A DNA stretch of 64,000 nt from an uncultured delta proteobacterium (GTDB lineage: Bacteria > Desulfobacterota > RBG-13-43-22): the NCBI GenBank assembly GCA_963843145.1, contig CAWJJC010000022.1, positions 384,001 to 448,000 of the forward strand, read 5' to 3'. The notes beneath the pieces were generated by a model that was not told the DNA's origin, did not search any database, and saw only the letters and a list, made by a program, of their open reading frames with translations. Shown in pieces: positions 48,673 to 59,106 of the stretch. Within the stretch, counting starts at the first letter, position 1, and each line of letters opens with the position of its first letter. The position numbers and the translations under genes are program-made.

Positions 48673-49512
48673 TTATGGGTTTATCGGCTCCGCCTGCTTG
48701 ATCCAGAAAAAACGTTTGTACTTGTCCCCCTGGTATTCCACCAGGGCCCTGATTTTTTGCGAGGGAATGAAAAACGGCTGGCGTATTTCCGAGAAGAGAA
48801 TTATTTCTTCGGTTTCTTTATCCTGCAGGAAATTGGGATAGCCCTTTACCGCCTCGGATTTATCCACCCGGACCATCACCCGGGTGATCTCTTTTTCGGG
48901 ATTCAGGCCCAGAGGGTTCCCGGATAAGGGACTGCTTTCCAGGACGGTCCCCCAGAGGATCGCCCGGCGGGTTTCCAGGAAACTTTCGGGCAGGTTGGTT
49001 TTTCCCTTTTGGATGCCCTTTCCTGTTGGAGAAAGTTCTACCTTCGAAGGGGGGACTGGATAAGCAAACAGGGTTTCTGGCTTGGTTTCTCCCGGTTCTG
49101 AAGGGAAGGTGAGCCGGGAAGGGCTGGAGGTGGATGAGGGTTCATTTTTTTGTCGATCAGGTGCCGGGCCGTAGAGCCGGACCCATTGAGCCACTTTATA
49201 CTCCCCTTTCCAGATAAAAGCCTGGGGAACAGATCTTTCTATCCGGGAGAGCAGTTGACGTGCCGGTTTTTCCTGCTTGAATTGTCCGATCCGGACGGCA
49301 TAGAGCGAGCCTTTTTTTTCAATACGTAGGGCTTCCAGATAGGCGGGTCCGAACTTTCGTTGGAGAGATCGGTATTGGTTTTCGGCATTTTTTATTTTCT
49401 GATAAATCCCGACCTGGACACTGTAGATTTCGGCTCCGAAAACAGTTCCGGGGCCAATCAACAGGACCGTCAGCAATAATAAAAACGCCCGTTTCAACAA
49501 TGATAACCTCAC
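48673..49512 (-). CDS. SPOR domain exported protein
   Basis: Signal peptide; 'YSVQVG.Y....NA', 'YAVRIGQF....A'. Confidence 0.75.
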   Translation of the reverse strand: MRLSLLKRAFLLLLTVLLIGPGTVFGAEIYSVQVGIYQKIKNAENQYRSLQRKFGPAYLEALRIEKKGSLYAVRIGQFKQEKPARQLLSRIERSVPQAFIWKGEYKVAQWVRLYGPAPDRQKNEPSSTSSPSRLTFPSEPGETKPETLFAYPVPPSKVELSPTGKGIQKGKTNLPESFLETRRAILWGTVLESSPLSGNPLGLNPEKEITRVMVRVDKSEAVKGYPNFLQDKETEEIILFSEIRQPFFIPSQKIRALVEYQGDKYKRFFWIKQAEPINP

Positions 49513-49785
49513 AAAAAGCCTGAGAATGTCCTTCCGTTTGGCAAGAGACCCCGCGGCCGTGAAGGGCCCTCACTTCATTTGAATATTGATTCGGTCCAGG
49601 CCGGATGCCCTAATTTTACGTGGATTTAGCAGGCTGTCAACTTTTAAACGCTATCGGTAAGGGCCGAATCATCCGCCTCCATTGGTAGGGTAGGGCCGTC
49701 GAGTCTGCGGGAAGGATTTTTCTTAATAGACCCATTTAGGATAACGGCCTTTACAAAACGGAGTAAAACAAATATATTTTTACTT

Positions 49786-50742
49786 ATGAAGTGGTCATCT
49801 TACTTCGCCAAAATACTGTTCACCCTGGTTGGGCTGCTGGTTACAGCCCCTGGTCTCGCAGCGCAAGAGCCAATGGCGCCCTTCTTTCTTATGGGCGACG
49901 GCTGGGTGCATATTCGGAATGCCCAGAATAACCTGGAGATCAAGGTCCATCTGCTCAACGCCGACGGGTCCTTAAACGATGCTGCCTTGAGCCGGGTCGA
50001 CACCGTCTTCGGCTTTTCCAGCAAAGATCCGGAGGATCACATCTCGCCCCGGTTACTTTTTATGCTCGATTACTTCTCAGATCTAGTGGCCCCGGGGAAA
50101 TTGATTCACCTCCATTCCGGGTACCGGAATCCGGAATATAACCAGAAACTGAAGCAGGCTGGCTTGACCGTGGCCAAGACCAGCCTGCATATAGACGGGA
50201 TGGCCCTGGATTTCTCCATCGAGGGGGTGAAGGGCCGGGACCTCTGGGAAATCGTCCGGCAGAAGAACTGCTGCGGCATCGGCTATTACGGCGGAGAGGT
50301 CGTTCACCTGGATGCCGGCCGGCCCCGATTCTGGGAAAAGGCCACAGCCGGGGTCGACACTGGGGAAAGCGACTATAACCGGCGCCTGACCCTCTCCACG
50401 GAATTTGATCGCTACCGTCCCGGACAAAGGGTGCGACTTATTTTGGCTTCGTTGAGTGACTTGGGGTTCGGGATCAACCGTTCGGGGGGCCTGGTCGGAG
50501 ATCGGGAAGGGGAAGAATTCGTTGCCGGCCTGAACCTCCAAAACAGCGGCAGCCAGGATTGTATCTTTATTCAGGACCGGAGGGCTACCCGTTTTATTTA
50601 TTTTGACCTCCCCCAGGAAATTACGGAAGGCCGCTACCGGATTCGTCTTAACTTTTGCCAACGGCCTTTTGAGCAGATGCCGCTCAAGGCGGTGTCCAAT
50701 GAGATCGAGATATGGAGCTCACTGAAGAAATCAGAAAAATAG
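49786..50742 (+). CDS. YcbK/DUF882 peptidase M15-family protein with a C-terminal extension
   Basis: 'SGYRNPEYN', 'VAKTSLH..GMALD', 'VHLDAG'. Confidence 0.85.
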   Translation: MKWSSYFAKILFTLVGLLVTAPGLAAQEPMAPFFLMGDGWVHIRNAQNNLEIKVHLLNADGSLNDAALSRVDTVFGFSSKDPEDHISPRLLFMLDYFSDLVAPGKLIHLHSGYRNPEYNQKLKQAGLTVAKTSLHIDGMALDFSIEGVKGRDLWEIVRQKNCCGIGYYGGEVVHLDAGRPRFWEKATAGVDTGESDYNRRLTLSTEFDRYRPGQRVRLILASLSDLGFGINRSGGLVGDREGEEFVAGLNLQNSGSQDCIFIQDRRATRFIYFDLPQEITEGRYRIRLNFCQRPFEQMPLKAVSNEIEIWSSLKKSEK

Positions 50743-50750
50743 CCGACCGC

Positions 50751-51029
50751 TTATTTTCCGCCGGAGAAAAAGGTCATCCAAACCCCCAATACCATAAAAA
50801 GCACCCCGGCCCCGATTTTTATCATCTGGGGTGGGATCAGTTTGTGGACGACCCCTCCCAGGAGCACTCCCAGAAGAGAAGTCAGGACCAGTGCTCCGGC
50901 CGAACCTAAAAAGACGGCCAGACGTGATGAGCTGTTGGCTGAAAAGGCAAAAGTGGCCAACTGGGTCTTGTCCCCCAACTCAGCCAGAAAAATCATCCCA
51001 AAGGTAGTGAACAAGGTTTTATAGTCCAT
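50751..51029 (-). CDS. TMEM165/GDT1 (UPF0016) single-repeat cation transporter
   Basis: 'FLAELGDKTQLAT' motif; three TM helices. Confidence 0.9.
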   Translation of the reverse strand: MDYKTLFTTFGMIFLAELGDKTQLATFAFSANSSSRLAVFLGSAGALVLTSLLGVLLGGVVHKLIPPQMIKIGAGVLFMVLGVWMTFFSGGK

Positions 51030-51132
51030 GAAATTCTCCCGGGTGTATTTTGTTATAACATTTGATTTTAAGGGTGTATATTTACCTGATTATAATACCG
51101 GATGACAACACCATTATTTAAAGGAGGACAAA

Positions 51133-51462
51133 ATGGCTGAATGCTTCTATCCCAAGGATGGCCGGAAGTATATTCCACAACTGAAGGAGCTGAAACCCGA
51201 ACTCTTCGAATCTTTCATGGCCTTGAATGAAAAGACTTTTGCCGAAGGATCCCTCTCCACTAAAACGAAGGAATTGATCGCTGTGGCCGTAGCCCACACC
51301 ACACGCTGTCCTTACTGTATCGAAGGCCACATTCAGATGGCCAAAAAAGCTGGGGCCACCGGGGAAGAGATTGCCGAATCGATATTTGTAGCCGTGGCTA
51401 TGAATGCCGGGGCAGCTTTTGCCCATTCCATCATATCCCTGGAAACCTTGGATTCCAAATAA
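51133..51462 (+). CDS. AhpD/carboxymuconolactone decarboxylase family protein
   Basis: 'LSTKTKELIAVAVA..RCPYCIEGH...GATGEEI'. Confidence 0.9.
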   Translation: MAECFYPKDGRKYIPQLKELKPELFESFMALNEKTFAEGSLSTKTKELIAVAVAHTTRCPYCIEGHIQMAKKAGATGEEIAESIFVAVAMNAGAAFAHSIISLETLDSK

Positions 51463-51497
51463 AGGGGGAAAACGATCGGGGGGAGTTGAACCTATCT

Positions 51498-52001
51498 ATG
51501 GCGAATATCCTTTGTTTTACCAGAAATCGATGCACCACCGTGGAAAGGGTGGATGATCAGACGACCCGATCCACCTGCCGCGTCCAGGACACGCTGATGG
51601 AGGCCTGGGTGGAGATCCTGGTTAGGTCTCCCGACCTGGAAATCGTTGAGGTGAGGGGTCAAGTCAGACGGTCCGGTGAAGGGGACCGGGCCGACATCTC
51701 CTCGGATCTGCAACAAGTCCTCGGCGCCCGGGTGGGGCCGGGGATCAAGAAGATCATCCGGGGTCTTATCGCCAATGGGCCTTTGGTGGAAACGTTCTCC
51801 ACCCTTTTGGAGGAATGCTGCAACGGCGTTATCCTGTCTTTTACCCGGGACGTCCTGGTGCTGGCCCCCCAAAACCGGGCCGGAGAGAAGGACTTCTTTT
51901 CCAACATGGTCCGGGCCAATCCCAGGCTGTATAACAGTTGCGCGGCCCTTTCCGCGGACAGCCCGCTGATGGCGGACCTGGATCTTGACTCTAAATGCTA
52001 A
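51498..52001 (+). CDS. DUF2889-like protein
   Basis: Shares its layout with the N-domain of the next gene; 'EECC' and 'LYNSC' Cys motifs. Confidence 0.55.
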   Translation: MANILCFTRNRCTTVERVDDQTTRSTCRVQDTLMEAWVEILVRSPDLEIVEVRGQVRRSGEGDRADISSDLQQVLGARVGPGIKKIIRGLIANGPLVETFSTLLEECCNGVILSFTRDVLVLAPQNRAGEKDFFSNMVRANPRLYNSCAALSADSPLMADLDLDSKC

Positions 52002-53116
52002 AATTCGCTCGGAATAAACTGACCAGCGTTTACCGGAAGGGTGAAGACCGGCTGTCGGTCCATGGGGTATTGGAAGACGATATCTACGGCCTGGAAATTG
52101 ACCTGGACCTGAGCCTCTCCGGTCTGGAGGTCCTGTCCATTAAGGGGCGCTGGAATCGGATGGAGAATGCGGAATGCCCCCGGGCCCTCCCTTTTCTTCA
52201 GGAGGCGGTGGGATTTCGGATCGATCAAGATTTTACCCAGAAGGTTCAGAAGATCGTGGGCCGGAGGTCCTGCCGCCATTTTGCGGATTTGATCCTGGAG
52301 TGCGGCCAAGCGGCCCGGGACGCCGCCTGGCTCATCCGGGGAAAGGATCCGGAACTTCAAAGGCCGGAGATGGAGGTCCAGGACTATTTCGGGAAGGCCG
52401 GCGGATCGAGGAAAACCGAGTCCCCGTCCGAACTTTCCGTTGAGGGAAAAGGGGAGGAACGCGACCGGGAGGCCTCCCGGGGAATGGTGATCGACCTCCA
52501 TGTCCATTCCTCTCCGGCCTCCCCCTGCAGTTCCAATCCGGTGGAGCGGCTGATTGAAGAGGCCCGGGCGATCGGTCTGGATGGAATCTGCCTGACCGAT
52601 CACAATTATGTCTGGGATCCGGCCGAGGTGGAAGGCCTCCGGGAAAAGCATGGCTTCCTTATCCTGCGGGGCAATGAAATCACCACGGACCAGGGAGATA
52701 TTCTGGTATTAGGCCTGGATGAAGATATTCAAGGAGTGATCAAACTGGAGGAACTCCGGGAAAGGGTTCTCAAGGCAGGCGCCTTTATGATCGCGGCCCA
52801 TCCCTTCCGAGGTTTTCTGACTTTCGGGATTGGGTATCTTGGTCTGACGCCGGAAAAGGCTCGGAAGCGGCCGGTTTTTCAAAGGGTGGACGCCGTGGAG
52901 GTCCTGAACAGCCGGGTATCCGAGAAAGAAAACCGCTTTGCCGCCCAGGTGGCGGAGGGCCTCGGACTGCCGCTGACCGGCGGGAGCGACGCCCATAAGG
53001 CCGGGGAGGTGGGCCGGTACGCCACCCGCTTTTCCGATCCGATTCGAAATGAACGGGATCTGGTCGAGGCCTTAAAGAAAGGCCGGTTTTCCCCGGTAGT
53101 TTTTCGAAAGCAGTAA
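51995..53116 (+). CDS. DUF2889-like domain fused to a PHP phosphoesterase domain
   Basis: N-domain 'ECP...SCRHFADL..EC'; PHP motifs 'DLHVHS', 'TDHN', 'AHPFR', 'GGSDAH'. Confidence 0.8.
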   Translation: MLKFARNKLTSVYRKGEDRLSVHGVLEDDIYGLEIDLDLSLSGLEVLSIKGRWNRMENAECPRALPFLQEAVGFRIDQDFTQKVQKIVGRRSCRHFADLILECGQAARDAAWLIRGKDPELQRPEMEVQDYFGKAGGSRKTESPSELSVEGKGEERDREASRGMVIDLHVHSSPASPCSSNPVERLIEEARAIGLDGICLTDHNYVWDPAEVEGLREKHGFLILRGNEITTDQGDILVLGLDEDIQGVIKLEELRERVLKAGAFMIAAHPFRGFLTFGIGYLGLTPEKARKRPVFQRVDAVEVLNSRVSEKENRFAAQVAEGLGLPLTGGSDAHKAGEVGRYATRFSDPIRNERDLVEALKKGRFSPVVFRKQ

Positions 53117-53277
53117 TCGGCTGTTTGCTAACCCCTTATCCCCAGGAAAATCATTATGTTCGGTTCAGCCTGCCGGACGCCTGACCGGGAAGCCGGGGAT
53201 TTGGATCTGATTATCGTTTATGATACTTCGAAGCGTTTTCTGGACCGATTAAAAGAATTGTATGAGGAGAGTGCTTC

Positions 53278-54726
53278 ATGGTAAAAAAATCAGAAGATAG
53301 CGGTATGAACGTATCCCGGGACTGGGAAAAAATCATTCGCAGGATGGAGCAATTGCTGCGCCTGAAATCTTTTCCCGTGGCCTTCAAGATGTTGGAGAAT
53401 AAAGAAGATCTGAGTACCATTCCTTTCATCCGCCGGCTGGACAAAAAAGTGACCCTCTGCCAGTTGATTACCCTGGCCCGGAACTTTGACTGGACGGTGG
53501 GTGCGGAGGTGGGCGACTTTCTCTCGCCCACCTGCCCCTCGATCCTGGGCCTGACCGAGGTCCCGGAAATAAACCGCGACGGGACCTTTCGCAGCATTGT
53601 CTGGGTCAAGACCCGGGAGGACGCCCAAAAGTTCGAGGCCGCCATCCCCCGCCTGCCCCTGGGGAAATTCCAGGCCGTGGTCCTGGCCCCCCTGGTCTAT
53701 AAACCTTTTGAGCCCGATATCGTCCTGATCTACGCCAATCCGGCCCAGATGATACTCCTGATCAATGCCCTCCAGTTTGAAAAATATGAGGTGATGCAGT
53801 TTTATTGCGTGGGGGAGTCCTCCTGTTCGGATGCCATCGCCCGCTGCTACCTGACGGGAAAGCCCTCGTTGACTATCCCCTGCTATGGGGAGCGGCGCTA
53901 CGGCCACGCCCAGGACGAAGACCTGGTGATGGCCTTGCCGCCGGGGGATGTGGAAAAGGCCTTAAGAGGGCTGGAGACCCTCTACCGGAGAGGCATCCGC
54001 TATCCTATCAGTTATGCCGGGGCCGAACAGGACCTAACCCGGGCCTTTCCCGGGTCCTATAACAGCCTGGGGCAACTGGAAGCGATCCGGGGGCAGGACG
54101 AACGATTCCTTCTGGGCGTAACGGGGGGGATCGCCACCGGAAAGACCACGGTGGTCAACCTGCTCCGGGCGAAGGGGGCTGCGGTGATCGACTTCGATCT
54201 TTTGGCCCGGAAGGTGGTGGAGCCCGATAAAGCGGCCTGGAAGGATATTGTGGCCTATTTCGGGGAGCAGGTCCTCCAGGAAGACCGGAACTTGGACCGA
54301 AAAAAGTTGTCGGAGATCGTTTTTCAGGATCTGGAGAAACGGAAAAAACTCGAGGGCTTTACCCATCCCCGGATTCTCGGGGAGTTTATTCAGGAGTTGA
54401 ATGAAATCGTCTCTGCTAACCCTCAGGCCATTGTCCTGGTGGACATTCCGCTGTTGATCGAGCTGAACCTCCAGTATCTGTTTCATAAGCTCCTGGTGGT
54501 TTATGTGCCGGAAGAAGAGCAGATCCATCGCCTGATGGAGCGGGACGCGATCAGCCGGGAGGAGGCGGCCGGTCGGCTCAAGGCGCAGCTTCCCATTGAA
54601 GAGAAGGTGGGCTACGCGGATTTTGTCATCCACAATGAAGGTTCGCTGGAAGAGACGGGGAAACAGGTGGATGCGCTTTGGAAAAAGCTAAAGCAGCTCC
54701 AAGAGGAAAAGGCGAAAGAGGCCTAA
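53278..54726 (+). CDS. coaE: DUF169 domain fused to dephospho-CoA kinase
   Basis: N-domain 'TLCQ..ARN', 'CP..LG', 'PDIVLIYANPAQ', 'SSCSD', 'PCYGERRY'; C-domain 'GVTGGIATGKT', 'THP', 'DIPLL', 'RLMERD', 'AQ'. Confidence 0.85.
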   Translation: MVKKSEDSGMNVSRDWEKIIRRMEQLLRLKSFPVAFKMLENKEDLSTIPFIRRLDKKVTLCQLITLARNFDWTVGAEVGDFLSPTCPSILGLTEVPEINRDGTFRSIVWVKTREDAQKFEAAIPRLPLGKFQAVVLAPLVYKPFEPDIVLIYANPAQMILLINALQFEKYEVMQFYCVGESSCSDAIARCYLTGKPSLTIPCYGERRYGHAQDEDLVMALPPGDVEKALRGLETLYRRGIRYPISYAGAEQDLTRAFPGSYNSLGQLEAIRGQDERFLLGVTGGIATGKTTVVNLLRAKGAAVIDFDLLARKVVEPDKAAWKDIVAYFGEQVLQEDRNLDRKKLSEIVFQDLEKRKKLEGFTHPRILGEFIQELNEIVSANPQAIVLVDIPLLIELNLQYLFHKLLVVYVPEEEQIHRLMERDAISREEAAGRLKAQLPIEEKVGYADFVIHNEGSLEETGKQVDALWKKLKQLQEEKAKEA

Positions 54727-54773
54727 CCACAAGTAGTTGATTAACAAGATTTAGGTGTTATTCCTTCCATGAT

Positions 54774-56081
54774 ATGCATATGAAAGATACCCCTCGGCCC
54801 TCTAATCTTCAGGACCTCCCGCGGATGCTCTATGCCGATGAACAAGGACGGATCTTTGAACATCCCTATCTGCGGATGGCCGGGTTCTTCGGACGCCGTC
54901 CGGCCCCCATCGTTAAGGATGATCTGATCCCCATGCCGGAATTCAGCAAGCTTTTCTATCTGCCGGGGTGTGCGCCCCTGGGCCTGGACCCGGAGACCGG
55001 TGAATACCGCCTGGTTTCCGAGATCCTCGTCGCCGGGGAAAAGATTCGTTGTTCAGCCGTGGCGGCCTTCCCCGAACCGGGGCTGGTGCGCAGCCATTTG
55101 CCGGCGGCGGACTATCGGTACCGGCAAGTGCCCCTGCCCCTTTGGGGGTATACGGCTGTGGGCTTCAAACGGGGCCGCTTCCGGATCGCCGCCTTCCGGA
55201 TTGAATCCAACTTCCGGTGGGATCCGCGCAATTTCGATGACCGAGAATTGATGCCGGCTATTCGGCGCTATCAAAAGAAGCAGGCTGGGGGGCCCCTCTT
55301 GGAACACCTCATCGCCTGCGCTGTTCAAAACCACTGTTTCGCCGCCAAGAACCTTTTCTTGGGCCGCTGGGAGGCACCCCTGCCGGTGAGTCGCCGCTGC
55401 AACGCCCGCTGCCTGGGTTGTCTTTCCCGGCAGGGAAAAGAGACCTGCGCCGCTTCCCATCAGCGCATCGGCTTTAAACCGGATCGGGAAGAGATCGTTT
55501 CCCTCGCCGTGCGGCATCTCCGGCAGGCCCCGGATGCGGTAGTCAGCTTTGGACAGGGCTGCGAAGGGGAGCCCTTAACCGAATACCGGCTGATTGCCGA
55601 CAGTATCCGGGAGATCCGTCGCCGGACCGACCGGGGGACTATCAATCTCAATACCAACGGCAGCCTGCCGGAGCGGGTTCTGCTGCTGGCCCAAAGCGGA
55701 CTGGACAGCATCCGGATCAGCCTGAACAGTGCCCGTCCCTCGTTTTACCAGGCCTATTACCGTCCCCAGGGGTATACTTTTCAGGAGGTGGTCACCTCCC
55801 TAAAAACGGCTGTGGATCAGGGCCTGTTTACCATGGTCAATTACCTGGTTTTCCCGGGCATCACCGACCAGGAGTCGGAGTTGAGGGCCATACAAAAGTT
55901 GATCCGCCGCACCGGCCTTAATTTCCTGCATCTAAAAAATTTAAATATCGACCCCGAGTTTTATCTGAGCAGGTTGCCCGTTTCCAGATCTCCTTCCAAA
56001 GGGCATAAAAATATGGTGACCGTTTTAAAAAAGGAATTTCCCGGGCTGCAACTGGGGTACTTTAACCAGGCGGTCAAGTGA
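54774..56081 (+). CDS. Radical SAM protein
   Basis: CNARCLGC motif; 'FGQGCEGEP', 'NTNGS'. Confidence 0.88.
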   Translation: MHMKDTPRPSNLQDLPRMLYADEQGRIFEHPYLRMAGFFGRRPAPIVKDDLIPMPEFSKLFYLPGCAPLGLDPETGEYRLVSEILVAGEKIRCSAVAAFPEPGLVRSHLPAADYRYRQVPLPLWGYTAVGFKRGRFRIAAFRIESNFRWDPRNFDDRELMPAIRRYQKKQAGGPLLEHLIACAVQNHCFAAKNLFLGRWEAPLPVSRRCNARCLGCLSRQGKETCAASHQRIGFKPDREEIVSLAVRHLRQAPDAVVSFGQGCEGEPLTEYRLIADSIREIRRRTDRGTINLNTNGSLPERVLLLAQSGLDSIRISLNSARPSFYQAYYRPQGYTFQEVVTSLKTAVDQGLFTMVNYLVFPGITDQESELRAIQKLIRRTGLNFLHLKNLNIDPEFYLSRLPVSRSPSKGHKNMVTVLKKEFPGLQLGYFNQAVK

Positions 56082-56222
56082 AAAAGAACGCGGGTTCAAT
56101 ACGAAAATAGGGTCCAAGCTCACCAGCGCTCAGGCCTTTCCCCTTAGGCTTTTTCATGCTTCGTGGCCTCAGGCGGCCATGGGGGTTATATTATCAAGCG
56201 CCACCTTGGGCATTGTTTTTGC

Positions 56223-56458
56223 CGTCATGCCGGACTCGATCCGGCATCCAAGTCCTTTGAGACGTAACTGAGGCCTGGATTTCGGATCGCGCTTCGCTTG
56301 TCCGGAATGACGAGATGACTCGATCCGATCAAAGCCTAATTACATGCTTCGCAGGTGGCCCTGATGAAAAACTCGTCACCCCCGAATGCTTTTATCGGGT
56401 ATCCACTCCTCTTCTCGAGAACCAGGATTCCCGCTCAAGAGCGCTGCGGGAATGACGC
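56223..56458. repeat. Two REP/RPE-like palindromes (CGTCA...TGACG)
   Basis: 'cgtcatgccggactcgatccggcatcc...tccggaatgacg' and 'cgtcacccccg...gcgggaatgacg'. Confidence 0.7.
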
Positions 56459-56512
56459 TCTCCTCTGAAGTAGCGACCATTGAGAGGCCAATTAGAGGTC
56501 AAAAAACCAGTT

Positions 56513-56896
56513 ATGCGTCCCCTCGACCTTTCCATGGATGAATTTGAAAAGATGACCTCCCAGGCCATCAGGGAGATACCGGAAGATTTCCTGGAGGCCC
56601 TGGAAAACGTGGAAGTCTTTGTGGAGGAAGAAGCCGGACAGGAGGTCTTGGACGAATTGGGGATTGGCTTCCCGGGGAGTCTCCTGGGTCTTTATCAGGG
56701 GGTACCCCGAGGTGAGCAGAGCGCCTTTAACCCTCCGCCCATCCTGCCGCACCGGATTATACTTTTCCTTCGTCCGATCCTCCGGATAAGCCGAAACCGG
56801 AGGGAAGTGGTAGAACAAATAAAAAAAACCCTGGTCCATGAAATTGCCCACCATTTCGGTTTTTCTGATAACCGTCTCCGGGAGTTGGGGTATTGA
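56513..56896 (+). CDS. Zincin-like metallopeptidase (DUF1025)
   Basis: 'LLGLYQGVP', 'TLVHEIAHHFG'. Confidence 0.88.
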   Translation: MRPLDLSMDEFEKMTSQAIREIPEDFLEALENVEVFVEEEAGQEVLDELGIGFPGSLLGLYQGVPRGEQSAFNPPPILPHRIILFLRPILRISRNRREVVEQIKKTLVHEIAHHFGFSDNRLRELGY

Positions 56897-56985
56897 GGCC
56901 CGTTTTTATGTTTGACAAAGGGGTTTACTTTTGGATATAGAAAATTAGATAAGGGACCGAAGCTCCACAAATAAAGGAGGTTGGC

Positions 56986-57918
56986 ATGAGTGCCCAGGGA
57001 AAACCAAAGGCCTTGATCTTGGTTATCGACGATGAAATGATCGTCCACCAGAGTATTTCCAGAATTCTCGAAGCGGAGGCCTATCGAGTGGATGGGGTCC
57101 TCCGGGTGGACGAAGCCCTGGAGCGGCTGAAAAAAACGCCCTACGATCTGGTGTTGACCGACCTGATGATCCCTGAAAAAAGCGGGATGGAGGCGGTCAA
57201 GGCCATCGCCCGAGATTATCCCGACATGGGCGTGGTGATGTTTACCGGTTTTCCCACCGTTGATTCCGCGGTCGAATCGATGAAGCTGGGCTCCCTGGAT
57301 TACCTACCCAAGCCCTTCACCCCGGACGAATTGCTGGCCGTGGTTGACCGGTCCCTGGAAAGAATCCAAAAAATTCGACGGGAACGGGAACTGGAGGAAA
57401 TATACTCCGAAGCCGAAATGGCGATCCAGTCCAGTCTGGAACTGAAGGAAATCCTAAATTCCATCAATGAAAATGTGGTTCGCCTCTTTAAAGTCAAAGG
57501 CAGTTCCCTTCTAATCCTCAACCAGAAAAAGGAGACCCTGGAACTGGCTTCCTCCCTGGGGCTTTCCGAGGGCTACTTGCAGAAGGGGACCATCGACGCC
57601 ACAAAAAGCGTGCCCGAGGTGCTCAGGTCCAGCGAAGCGGCGGTGGTCCAGGCCGACCAGTTTGAAAATAAACTTCAGTACCCGGAGGAGGCTCGCCGGG
57701 AAGGGATCTCCACGATCCTCTCCTATCCGCTCAAGGTGCAAGACCGGATATCGGGTATCCTGCGGCTCTACAGCCAACAGCCCCGTTCTTTCAGCCGGGA
57801 GGAACTGGACCTGCTCCAGAAATTCGCCGAACAGGGAACTCGGGCCATCGAAAACGCCTTAGCTTACGCCAAAGTGCGCAACGACCTGGAAGCGCTCCAG
57901 AAATACGTCCCGGAATAG
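56986..57918 (+). CDS. Response regulator receiver plus GAF domain protein
   Basis: 'VIDDE', 'TDLMIP', 'KPF'; GAF 'GLSEGYLQKG..QYPEEARREGI..AIENA'. Confidence 0.88.
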   Translation: MSAQGKPKALILVIDDEMIVHQSISRILEAEAYRVDGVLRVDEALERLKKTPYDLVLTDLMIPEKSGMEAVKAIARDYPDMGVVMFTGFPTVDSAVESMKLGSLDYLPKPFTPDELLAVVDRSLERIQKIRRERELEEIYSEAEMAIQSSLELKEILNSINENVVRLFKVKGSSLLILNQKKETLELASSLGLSEGYLQKGTIDATKSVPEVLRSSEAAVVQADQFENKLQYPEEARREGISTILSYPLKVQDRISGILRLYSQQPRSFSREELDLLQKFAEQGTRAIENALAYAKVRNDLEALQKYVPE

Positions 57919-58059
57919 ATTCTTACCTCCATTGTTCTGAGAATTTGTCTTTAACAATGGATGAAAGAATCTAAATTAAAAGACGTTAGCTTTAAATCTG
58001 TTAAGTGGTTTTTATTATAGCCAAAAATATTAGGAATATTTTTGGCTCGGGAGAAGAAA

Positions 58060-59016
58060 ATGACCGCAGAGATCAAAGGAAACGTCCTGGTTTTAGACGG
58101 CGAACCCCAGGTGCTGGATGAATTGACCCGTCTGCTGGAGGCCAATCAATACCGGGTATCCCCTTGCCGAACCGGAAAAGAGGCACTCGCCCTTTTTAAA
58201 GAGAAAGATTTTGATCTGTTGATTATCGAGTGGCAAGTGGACGGTCCGGACGGACTGGACGGCTTTCAAGTCATGGAATCGGTCGGCAAGCTGGATCCGA
58301 CCCTGGCCGTGGTAGTCTTGACGGCTTTCCCTGATGTGGATTCGGCCGTCAAGGCCATGCGCTTGGGCGCCAAGGATTATCTTAAAAAGCCCCTGGTTCC
58401 GGATCAGCTCCTGGCTTTGGTCGAAAAGGTGATCGAAGACCGAAAAGCCCTGAGGAACCGGAGGGAATCTAAGGCGGTCTTTGAAGACATCAAGCGGAAG
58501 ATCTCTTCATCTTTGAATCTTCAGGAGGTCCTGGACCTGATCGCCACCGGGGTAACCAAGGGGATGGGGGTAAAGGGCTGCACCATCGGCCTCCTGGACA
58601 AGAAGCGGGATCAACTGAAAGTGGTGGCCTACCAGGGATTAACCCAGAAGTATCTGGAAAAAGGGCCTATTGATCCCGCACGCAGCTTGGGCGGGATGGT
58701 CCAAAGCGGCCAAGACCTCTTGATCGAGGACGTCGCTCGGGATAGCCGGGTCCAATACCCCGAAGAGGCCAGGGAAGAAGGTATTAAATCCATCCTGAGC
58801 GTGCCTTTGCTGCTCAAACAGGAACTTATCGGGGCGCTGCGCATTTATACCGCCACGGCCCATAATTTTTCTCCGGAAGAATTCAAATTCCTTCACGACT
58901 TGGCGGATCAGGCCGCGCTGGCCATTGAAAATGCCCGCTCCTACGAAGACATGAAAGAAAAATACGAGGCCTTGCGTGGCGATCTGGTCGATTATTTTGA
59001 AGACGGCTGGACTTAG
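58060..59016 (+). CDS. Atypical receiver plus GAF domain protein
   Basis: Paralog of the previous gene; the phosphoacceptor position reads 'LIIEW' (Glu), the acidic pocket 'LDGE'. Confidence 0.85.
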   Translation: MTAEIKGNVLVLDGEPQVLDELTRLLEANQYRVSPCRTGKEALALFKEKDFDLLIIEWQVDGPDGLDGFQVMESVGKLDPTLAVVVLTAFPDVDSAVKAMRLGAKDYLKKPLVPDQLLALVEKVIEDRKALRNRRESKAVFEDIKRKISSSLNLQEVLDLIATGVTKGMGVKGCTIGLLDKKRDQLKVVAYQGLTQKYLEKGPIDPARSLGGMVQSGQDLLIEDVARDSRVQYPEEAREEGIKSILSVPLLLKQELIGALRIYTATAHNFSPEEFKFLHDLADQAALAIENARSYEDMKEKYEALRGDLVDYFEDGWT

Positions 59017-59106
59017 AACGCCTGCCGTATCCCGCAGCCCTCTTTATTCCTTAATTTTCTCGCCGCAGTAGGGTCCTCCCATACCATCCAGGTGGCTTAA
59101 CCCGCT

